NCBI GenBank assembly: GCA_030603365.1
Contig: JAUVXV010000003.1
Coordinates: forward strand, 1-64,000
Origin: Candidatus Heimdallarchaeota archaeon
Lineage (GTDB): Archaea; Asgardarchaeota; Heimdallarchaeia; Heimdallarchaeales; Heimdallarchaeaceae
DNA length: 64,000 bases
Reading direction: 5' to 3'
The notes below the pieces were generated by a model that worked only from the letters and a program-made list of their open reading frames with translations, was not told where the DNA came from and ran no database searches. The number at the start of each line of letters is the position of its first letter. Position 1 is the stretch's first letter. Positions 53,443 through 60,835 of the stretch are shown one piece after another. A program made the position numbers and the translations under genes.

Positions 53443-54093
53443 TTAAATCCTCCTATAAGCACAATTGAACATGTCACAGTTCTCGCAATCTCTCAATCCC
53501 AGTTCTTTATCAACCTCTTTTCCAATGTTAATGGCAAATGACACAGATTTTACTGGGTTCATCATCATAGAAGATGTGAGAGAAACACCTATCTTTGAAC
53601 TGTCAAGAAGCTCAAAAATAGTTTTTTGCCCTTTACCTAATTCCCACTGACAATAACCGGGACTAAATCTACATGTTGTATCTTTTCCTTGAATCTCCAT
53701 TGATAATTCGTTTAGAATAGTTTGGTTAACATGTTCAGCTGTTTGCTCAGCTGCGTGGGATGCTATTGCATTTAATATGACACCTTTAGCTAATTCTCCT
53801 TTCTGTAGATGCTCTCTAGTATGTGTCTCTAACTTTTTTCCTATAGTGCAGATTGCAAAAACTGTTATTTCTGATTTATTGAATAAGAATTTTGGTTCTA
53901 GTTCTTTGCTCTCAAAACTATCATAGATTGCTCTTGATTGAATTAACAGTAGAGCCTCGTCTGTCATTCTCTTTATGTCATCTACCAGGGCTTGAGGTGC
54001 TTTTCTAATGTTATCTTCAGAATTCTTGCTTTGGAGTAAGCGTAGAATTTCATTAGTGTCTAATTTGATAACCAAGTTTTTCAGAATTTTCAC
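53443..54093 (-). CDS. Methionine synthase B12 activation-domain-like protein
   Basis: CTIG, RFSPGY, IGVSLTSSMMMNPVKSVS, C-terminal CENC..C..R. Likely GTG start at 54093 after GAGGAG. Confidence 0.85.
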   Translation of the reverse strand: MKILKNLVIKLDTNEILRLLQSKNSEDNIRKAPQALVDDIKRMTDEALLLIQSRAIYDSFESKELEPKFLFNKSEITVFAICTIGKKLETHTREHLQKGELAKGVILNAIASHAAEQTAEHVNQTILNELSMEIQGKDTTCRFSPGYCQWELGKGQKTIFELLDSSKIGVSLTSSMMMNPVKSVSFAINIGKEVDKELGLRDCENCDMFNCAYRRI

Positions 54094-54103
54094 TTTTTTC
54101 TCC

Positions 54104-54982
54104 TCAAAGTTTCTCTTTAATTCGAACAATGAATTCTGGGCTAGTTCCACAGCACCCACCAATGACTCTAGCACCACCTTTCACCATCTGGTGTAAGTCA
54201 ACAGAAAATTCCTCTGCTGATGTAGGATAGACAGTTTTCCCTTCATGCAATTGTGGTTTTCCAGCATTAGGTTTTGCAGAAATTGGAAGGTTTGTTTCAT
54301 TTGAAATTAGAGAGATTAGATCTATCATTTCATCACTGCCGATTGTACAATTTGCACCAATAACATCTGCACCTGCTTTCTCAAGAGTTTTGACACAATC
54401 TATAACAGAATTCCCCATTATGGTGAAGAATCCACGTTTGGTTTTTTGATAAGTAATAGATGCAAAAATAGGAATATTTGAGACATTTTTTGCTGCTTTT
54501 ACAGCTGCTTCAGCTTCTTTAAGATCAACCATTGTCTCAATAAAGAAAAAATCTACTCCTGCAGCAGCTAGAAAACCTGCTTGTTCTAGAAAATTCTCGT
54601 AGAAGTCATCAATAGTTACATTTCCCACAGGTGGAAGAAAAGCTCCAGAAGGGCCAATGTCTCCTGCTATGTAACGGTCATCAGGACAGATTTCTTTAAC
54701 TAATTCTACAGCTTTTTGATTATACTTCTCAACGCTATTTCCATGTTTGTGAGCAGACAATTTCATTCCAGATCCACCAAAAGTATTAGTAAGAACTGCA
54801 TCGGATCCAGCATTGAAGTAATCTAAATGGATTTTTTGTATATTTTCAGGATGTGAAACATTCCAATATTCTGGTGGGATTCCAGGTTCTAAACCTTGGT
54901 TGATGAGCAAAGACCCCATAGCTCCATCTAGTGTGATTACTCTCTCTTGTATTAGCTTTAATATGGGTTTCTTACTACTCAG
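54104..54982 (-). CDS. Homocysteine S-methyltransferase domain protein (MetH N-terminal-like)
   Basis: LDGAMG (begins upstream of the tracked ATG), AGSD..TNTFG, GDIGPSG, GANC, PNAG, GGCCGT. Inferred CTG start at 54982. Confidence 0.88.
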   Translation of the reverse strand: MSSKKPILKLIQERVITLDGAMGSLLINQGLEPGIPPEYWNVSHPENIQKIHLDYFNAGSDAVLTNTFGGSGMKLSAHKHGNSVEKYNQKAVELVKEICPDDRYIAGDIGPSGAFLPPVGNVTIDDFYENFLEQAGFLAAAGVDFFFIETMVDLKEAEAAVKAAKNVSNIPIFASITYQKTKRGFFTIMGNSVIDCVKTLEKAGADVIGANCTIGSDEMIDLISLISNETNLPISAKPNAGKPQLHEGKTVYPTSAEEFSVDLHQMVKGGARVIGGCCGTSPEFIVRIKEKL

Positions 54983-54993
54983 AGAAAAACCTC

Positions 54994-55629
54994 CTAATCT
55001 TCTAGTACTTTTTTCGCTAACTTAACTGCACTTACTGCATTTTCAGCAGAACCATCTGCTCCTATTTCCTCTACCCACTTCTTAGAGATTGGAGCACCTC
55101 CAATAAGAACTTTGAATTTATCTCTAATATTCTTCTCTTTGAGCTGATCAATTAGTTTTTTTTGACCCACCATAGTGGTAGTTAGTAGTGCAGAAATACA
55201 GATGATATTTGCGTCAATCTCAATTGCTTTTTCAATGAAAGTTTTTACAGGAACATCTGCTCCTAAATCGTGAACATCAAATCCTTCAGCTGTTAACATA
55301 GAAGCTACAAGTGTCTTTCCAATGTCATGAATGTCTCCTTCGATGGTTCCAATTACAACTTTTCCTCGAAACCTATCTTCTTTTCCTTCCTCAAGAACAG
55401 GCTGAAAGATAACCATCGCAGCTTTCATAGCTTCAGCACTACGCATTAATTCTGGTAGGAAAAACTCTCCTTCTTCAAATAAATCACCAGCTTCACGTAT
55501 AGCTAATGAGAAAGCATCGATTGCTTCATTGACATCTAGCTTCTCATGGATGACTTTGTGAGCTAGCTCTTCTGCTAAACTAATGTCCCCACTTAAAATT
55601 GCACTTTTACATTCTTCACTGAAAGACAA
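54994..55629 (-). CDS. Methyltransferase corrinoid protein (MtbC/MttC-like)
   Basis: Cap domain FLPELM, GDIHDIGK, DLGADVP, SALLTTTM, IGGAP. Confidence 0.93.
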   Translation of the reverse strand: MSFSEECKSAILSGDISLAEELAHKVIHEKLDVNEAIDAFSLAIREAGDLFEEGEFFLPELMRSAEAMKAAMVIFQPVLEEGKEDRFRGKVVIGTIEGDIHDIGKTLVASMLTAEGFDVHDLGADVPVKTFIEKAIEIDANIICISALLTTTMVGQKKLIDQLKEKNIRDKFKVLIGGAPISKKWVEEIGADGSAENAVSAVKLAKKVLED

Positions 55630-55706
55630 ACTTTTTCACCATTGGCTTAACGTTATTACAAATAGTGAGTAAAATTATCTGTTAATTAGACTTTCTCTTT
55701 CTTTTC

Positions 55707-56090
55707 TTATTCGTGACAAGCTTTAATTGTCCAATCAACTACTGGTTGAAGAGCTTTAGATAATTCCTTTCCTTTATCTGAAAGTGAATATTCTACCTTT
55801 GGAGGAATTTCTGCATGAATCTCTCTAATAAGTAATCCTTCCTCTGACAATTCATTCAAGCGTACAGATAGTGTAGCATCACTGATTTTATTTTGCTTCC
55901 ACCCTTTACGCAATAACTCCCTCAATTCATTATATCTTACTTTTCTACCATCACTTAAAATATTGATTAGTTGAATGCTCCATTTTTTACCAATAAGATT
56001 CAATACTCTTTGAGCAGGTATAAAACAAGGAAAGCCGTTTTTTTCATGTGAGCATTTCACGACAGAGGGGGATTCATTAATTTTACTCAT
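55707..56090 (-). CDS. HxlR-family transcriptional regulator
   Basis: LIGKKWS, RYNEL, LSVRLNEL..GL, PPKVEYSLS..G. Confidence 0.9.
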   Translation of the reverse strand: MSKINESPSVVKCSHEKNGFPCFIPAQRVLNLIGKKWSIQLINILSDGRKVRYNELRELLRKGWKQNKISDATLSVRLNELSEEGLLIREIHAEIPPKVEYSLSDKGKELSKALQPVVDWTIKACHE

Positions 56091-56147
56091 AATACTTCAC
56101 AATTACAGAGTTACTTAAAAAACTATTAGAGAGACCTTATATATAAA

Positions 56148-56189
56148 TACTTTCATATCTAAAGTAATAACACTTTAAGAACTAAAGCA
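56148..56189. promoter_or_regulatory. Putative HxlR-type operators (TACTTT-N7-AAAGTA and CACTTT-N7-AAAGCA)
   Basis: Inverted repeats at 56148-56166 and 56171-56189, just downstream of TTATATATAA (56138-56147) in the divergent promoter. Confidence 0.55.
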
Positions 56190-56201
56190 AGGTTATGGAA
56201 A

Positions 56202-56357
56202 ATGAACGAAGATTGTAAAGGCAAACATCACAATTGTGGAGAATTTGCAGGAAATGAAGACAAAGAAACAAAATTGAAACACTTGAAAGAATGTAAGGAA
56301 AGCTTACTGAAGAAAGTCGAGAAAATCGAAAAAACTATTAATGAATTAGAGGGATAG
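56202..56357 (+). CDS. 51-aa Cys/His plus coiled-coil protein (not in the ORF track)
   Basis: MNEDCKGKHHNCGEF...KLKHLKECKESLLKKVEKIEKTINELEG*. Confidence 0.65.
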   Translation: MNEDCKGKHHNCGEFAGNEDKETKLKHLKECKESLLKKVEKIEKTINELEG

Positions 56358-56367
56358 TTTTCCTTCT

Positions 56368-56820
56368 CTATTCTTTTTTTGGAAAATGACCGCTTAATTC
56401 CCAAAATGGTGGAACAAGTTCAAGATCTACAAGTATATCAACTAAACAGAAAGCCCCCCATTGATTTATTACTTTTCCATCTTGATTAACTTCGAGAATT
56501 GACAATCCATCTATCCCTGTTTCTTTGTTGGTTGGTTCAAAACCCCAAGCATTACCTCCATGTTTCATAGTCGCTTTATATCAGACCCAGACTTTATTCT
56601 CTTCAGCAATAATATCCTCTATTGTATAGTTAAGCTCATGAAATGCTGACCTAAAATATTTCATTTCATGTATGACTAATTCTGATCCTTGCTTAGGGAT
56701 TCCAATATATTCAGGTTTAAAATCAGGATGAATAATCTTATGGGCTAGATTAAAATCTGGCTTACTCCACATCTCCTCAAACCATAATCTACCTATTTCT
56801 TTATTCCTTTCTACTGACAT
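56368..56820 (-). pseudogene. SnoaL-like ester cyclase interrupted by an in-frame TGA
   Basis: RNKEI..WFEEMW...FHELNYTIEDIIAEENKVWV*YKATMKH..WGFEPTNK; stop at 56581-56583, both halves in frame. Confidence 0.8.
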
Positions 56821-56865
56821 ACTAGAAAAAACGAATGGGACGTTAATAATTATTTCTAGACGATA

Positions 56866-57831
56866 CTAGAATATTAGCAGACTAAGAACTCTCTGTTTTG
56901 CTTCTAGATACTTATCTTCTTGATTTGATTCGCTAAAGAAACCAGCTGCAGTCATACCAATATATAACTTGTAGCAGAGTAGTCTTTCTTCATAATTTTC
57001 GAAATCTAATAGGTTGGAATCCTTATACTTTTTACAATATAAATTTGAATAGGTATTTTCATCTCGGAAACCCCAGAAGTCTAACCAAGCAATGTCGTAG
57101 ACAAAATCCCCGAAAATAGCGTGCTCCCAATCATAAACTGCCGTTACATTACCATCGTTGTCTGCCAGCACATTGTCATATCCATAATCTGCATGAACTA
57201 AATGACGTTTGGACGAACAAAATTTAACCAATTCCTTAATCTTTGCTGAACCTTGTAAATACAGATCTTCTTCAAATATTCCTGAAGAATATCTTTCGTT
57301 TGTGTGGATTTTCTGTCTCTCTAAAACATCTAATACGTGCTCTTGCATTGACTTAAATTTCGCTTTATTCCATTTCTCCCAGTTTCCATATCCTTTTGTT
57401 TTTGAAACATCTATTGAGTGAATCTGAACTAATACATCTACTAAGGATTCATCAACTAGATGAGTTTTTTCTTTTGGAAAAAGATGAACGAATGATCCTG
57501 GTGCCTTTGTAACAATGCTATAAATGAACTTGTCTTTTTTTGTTTCCTTAAACAGTCCATACTTGATGATTTTAGGGATGGGGATTTGAGTATTATTTTT
57601 AATTGCGATTTTCGATATTATGATTTCTTTTCCAAAAGGATCAGCTTTCCTGAATCTCTTTCTTACTTTTCGAACCTTAATAACAAAATTATTAGAATTG
57701 CTCATGAAAGAAAATGCTTGAGAAATTTCACCACCCTTGAGAATTTCTATGTTTTGTATATCTACACTAAAGCTCTTCTTCAGAAACTCCTCAATTTCAG
57801 AGATACTTACTCTAGTTTTTAGTATAGACAT
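56866..57831 (-). CDS. Aminoglycoside-phosphotransferase-fold kinase
   Basis: GGEISQAF, IPIPKI, LVHADYGYDNVL, YDWE, YDIAW. Confidence 0.85.
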   Translation of the reverse strand: MSILKTRVSISEIEEFLKKSFSVDIQNIEILKGGEISQAFSFMSNSNNFVIKVRKVRKRFRKADPFGKEIIISKIAIKNNTQIPIPKIIKYGLFKETKKDKFIYSIVTKAPGSFVHLFPKEKTHLVDESLVDVLVQIHSIDVSKTKGYGNWEKWNKAKFKSMQEHVLDVLERQKIHTNERYSSGIFEEDLYLQGSAKIKELVKFCSSKRHLVHADYGYDNVLADNDGNVTAVYDWEHAIFGDFVYDIAWLDFWGFRDENTYSNLYCKKYKDSNLLDFENYEERLLCYKLYIGMTAAGFFSESNQEDKYLEAKQRVLSLLIF

Positions 57832-57946
57832 AGTTTTTGAGTAAACAGTTCCGGTTTTAATCTTTTTGTTCGATTAACTTGATAATCAGTCGATTAGGAA
57901 AGGATCATTACTACCTTTAGTTCTAAAATCAATGGTGCAGTTGTAA

Positions 57947-58828
57947 CTAGCATTCAAAAGTTAGAATATCTCCTACTTTGAATGGCTTAACGATGTTTTC
58001 TCCGAAGTATTCTGTCATGAATTTGATCGCTTTTTTACCTGTACAATGACTGAGGTATAGGAGCGGTTTATTGTATTTTTGTTCAAGTTGCTTAGCAACA
58101 TATTCAAGATCTTTTTCTTCAGTTAGAGCAACTAAATGAGTTCCACCAATTATCATCTTAATTTCTCTACCAGGATGAATCTCTTTAGCTCTTGCGCATA
58201 TGTTGAGAACTCCTGCATGACCACAACCTAAGATTAACACCATTCCATCTTTAGTCTTTAGTACAAGTGAAAGATCATCTAGAAGTTCATCCTTGACATA
58301 CTTTCTATCAAGTTTGATTGTCAGTTTGTCTATTTTACTGTGTTTTTCTTTCCATTCATTGATTTCTCCAATAGTGGTGAAAATGGGTGTAATCTCATAA
58401 GGTTCTATTATTTCAGTAAATTCTAGTTTTGACATTATTTCCTCAGAGAGTTTGGGAAAACCTAAATTGCTCCATCGATATTTTAGATATGCTAATATCC
58501 TGAGAATGGGTTGCTTTATTCTTCGTTTTTTAAAAGCATGAGGATGAGCTATTAAGTTCAAAACAGGTGCATCTCCTCTAGCGTACATGAGGGCTTCAAT
58601 ACCGAAAGTATGATCCCAATGACCATGACTAAAAACGACCATGTCAATGGTTTTAGGGTCAATATTGAGTATGTTCATGTTGTTAAGAAGTATAATGCCT
58701 TGATCTCCAGTATCAAACAAGATTGTCTTATTCTCAATTTTAATTAGATAGCATAAACCATCAGATGGAATCAAATCTCTATCGGGTTGAACTTCTTTAT
58801 CTACAATATTTGTTAGCTTGACTTGCAT
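57947..58828 (-). CDS. Metallo-beta-lactamase-fold hydrolase
   Basis: LFDTG, SHGHWDH, GCGHAG, GGTHL, HCTG. Confidence 0.9.
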   Translation of the reverse strand: MQVKLTNIVDKEVQPDRDLIPSDGLCYLIKIENKTILFDTGDQGIILLNNMNILNIDPKTIDMVVFSHGHWDHTFGIEALMYARGDAPVLNLIAHPHAFKKRRIKQPILRILAYLKYRWSNLGFPKLSEEIMSKLEFTEIIEPYEITPIFTTIGEINEWKEKHSKIDKLTIKLDRKYVKDELLDDLSLVLKTKDGMVLILGCGHAGVLNICARAKEIHPGREIKMIIGGTHLVALTEEKDLEYVAKQLEQKYNKPLLYLSHCTGKKAIKFMTEYFGENIVKPFKVGDILTFEC

Positions 58829-58977
58829 TGCTGGTCAAATTATACTTTTTTACATCTTCTTAATTTTAACTATAAAACACTATTATTTTTCATCCAAGTT
58901 TTATTGTAAAAGAGTGTAGGAAAACTATATAAGACGAACTAGAGATAGTGTACAATCGCTTTAGGAAGCTGAAAAAA

Positions 58978-59823
58978 ATGAAAAAAATAACTCTGAACTC
59001 TATTTTAGTAATAACGAGTTTAATACTCCTAGGATTAATTAGTGGAAACCTAGTCCAAGGTTTGACAACCATTCCCAATACTGCAGGACCAAATAAACTT
59101 CCAAGAAATCAAGCCGAAACATTAGATTTATGGTTGATACAAGACACGAAAGCTATAGTTAATGAAGACACAGAAATGACCTTTGGTGTTCGAAGTCATG
59201 TTGCCGGTGCAATAGATGTTACACTAAGATTATATGATAATGATCCTCCCTCGGTTGAAATCTACCAAGAAACCATTGGTATGATGGAACTTGCAGAATA
59301 TGAATTCACTTATTATTACAACTTTACCTCTACAGGACAACATCCAATAGTCTTTACTGCAGAGGTGGATGGAGGTGGTGAAAATTGGTTGGAGTACTAT
59401 TATTGGGATGTCTATGAAGATGGATTTTTTGTTCTAACGATTGCTCAAGATACAACTACTTATATTGGAGTTGAGAATAGAATGTACTTCAATGTAACCA
59501 ACTATTATAAAATCGGTAAGAACCTAACTCTTCAAGTTGAAATCTATAATGGAACCTATTCAATAATAATCTATGACAATTGGATACCTTTGGATATCTC
59601 CCAAATTTATAGCTTTGATGCATCATACACATTCGATGATACGGGAAATTACGTTGTGTTGTTCAACGTCACTGAAACGGATGCAGATAACCCGTCATGG
59701 TTAGAATACTGTATGTGGGATGTAATTCCTGTAGTATCTGAATTCTATGGATTTTACATACTTCCCTTATTAATATTCATGATTATACCTACCATGTACA
59801 TACGCAAACGTAAGAAACAATAA
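58978..59823 (+). CDS. Surface protein with two tandem Ig-like domains and a C-terminal sorting-type tail
   Basis: Signal peptide MKKITLNSILV; internal duplication (WLEYYYWDV / WLEYCMWDV); VSEF-TM-RKRKKQ tail. Confidence 0.72.
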   Translation: MKKITLNSILVITSLILLGLISGNLVQGLTTIPNTAGPNKLPRNQAETLDLWLIQDTKAIVNEDTEMTFGVRSHVAGAIDVTLRLYDNDPPSVEIYQETIGMMELAEYEFTYYYNFTSTGQHPIVFTAEVDGGGENWLEYYYWDVYEDGFFVLTIAQDTTTYIGVENRMYFNVTNYYKIGKNLTLQVEIYNGTYSIIIYDNWIPLDISQIYSFDASYTFDDTGNYVVLFNVTETDADNPSWLEYCMWDVIPVVSEFYGFYILPLLIFMIIPTMYIRKRKKQ

Positions 59824-59884
59824 TCAATCTAAACCCACTAATTCCTTTTTTTATTATTTATCATACTTCTTTCCACTCTTTGTC

Positions 59885-59954
59885 TATTTTTGTCCCGAGA
59901 CAAAAATATTTTTAAATGATTAGGTGAATCATTTATTGTCTCGAGACGAAAATA
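59885..59954. promoter_or_regulatory. Pair of palindromic operator/centromere-like sites flanking a TATA-like box and a third inverted repeat
   Basis: TATTTTTGTC-CCGA-GACAAAAATA (59885-59908); TTTTTAAA (59909-59916); TAAATGATT-N5-AATCATTTA (59913-59935); TTGTCTCGAGACGAAAATA (59936-59954). Confidence 0.7.
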
Positions 59955-59965
59955 AGGTGATTGAA

Positions 59966-60835
59966 ATGAATGATAAAGAAAAAAAAGGACCAGGACGACC
60001 CAAAAAATATGCTACAGACGCTGAACGAAAAAAGGCCTATCGTGAGCGCAAGAAGGAAGAACGACAACAATGGGAAAAATCACGAGTTAAACGAATAGTC
60101 GAATTACAAGAAAGAGTTGATAGAATGGAAAAAACTATTGAGACATCAACATACGAAAAAGAAAAAAATAAAGATACTCATGAGCATTTTGTATACCTTG
60201 AGATAAAAGAACAAATCAAAGTTCGTTCAGCTAAATATACTCCATGCGAATTAGCTGAAATGCCACTTGAAGATCTCTTAAGGATTCAAAATACTCTGAA
60301 TTCTAGATATTATGGAAGCTATTATAATCCAATACAAGCAGCATTGGAAACAGCTGTCATGCCCTCAGTTGACCGAGAATTTGATTCACGTAAATCTGAA
60401 CTTGGATTAAAAACTCCTGAAGCGAAGCTAGCAAAGAAGTTAGCTAAAACTAAGGATAGAGCAACTCCCAAGACAGATCAAAAAATCGAGGAATATATAC
60501 AAAAACTCAAAGAAGAAGGTGTTGAATTAACATCTGAAGATGAGCTAGCAATTCGTTCAACAATGGAAAAAAGATCTGATGAAACTAGTAGACCATGGCG
60601 TGCTATAAAATCCCCTTATAGGACAGATCAGTTTATTGATGTTTTTCAAGAATTGATGTTACTCTCCAATGTTCAAGCTGAAATATCTAGTAGAGAACGA
60701 GAATCAAAGCTTGATTCAAGTATTGAAAAACTTGAAAAAAGATTAGAGGATTTGGAAAAAACCATGTCAGATGAGAAAGAGAAATCTGTCAGAGAAAGTT
60801 ATGCTAGACGGAAGGAGAAGAAAGATGGCAGCTGA
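59966..60835 (+). CDS. AT-hook/basic-helix coiled-coil protein, putative DNA-binding partner of actin
   Basis: AGGTGA RBS at 59955 then ATG59966; KKGPGRPKKYATDAERKKAYRERKK; N- and C-terminal heptads; overlaps the actin start by 11 nt. Confidence 0.75.
   Translation: MNDKEKKGPGRPKKYATDAERKKAYRERKKEERQQWEKSRVKRIVELQERVDRMEKTIETSTYEKEKNKDTHEHFVYLEIKEQIKVRSAKYTPCELAEMPLEDLLRIQNTLNSRYYGSYYNPIQAALETAVMPSVDREFDSRKSELGLKTPEAKLAKKLAKTKDRATPKTDQKIEEYIQKLKEEGVELTSEDELAIRSTMEKRSDETSRPWRAIKSPYRTDQFIDVFQELMLLSNVQAEISSRERESKLDSSIEKLEKRLEDLEKTMSDEKEKSVRESYARRKEKKDGS

Noticed and set aside
375-56583. Genome-wide stop-codon reassignment suggested by three in-frame stops
   Set aside because: The stops differ (TGA, TAA, TGA), one gene also has a frameshift, and TGA/TAA end many intact genes normally.
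56866-57831. Antibiotic resistance gene
   Set aside because: An APH fold alone does not establish the substrate.
59924-59965. Tracked GTG start of the actin-coupled gene
   Set aside because: It lies within the operator region; AGGTGA precedes ATG59966.
60771-60824. N-terminal basic extension on actin (tracked start 60771)
   Set aside because: It is an alternative-frame read of the upstream gene; the RBS and normal actin length support ATG60825.
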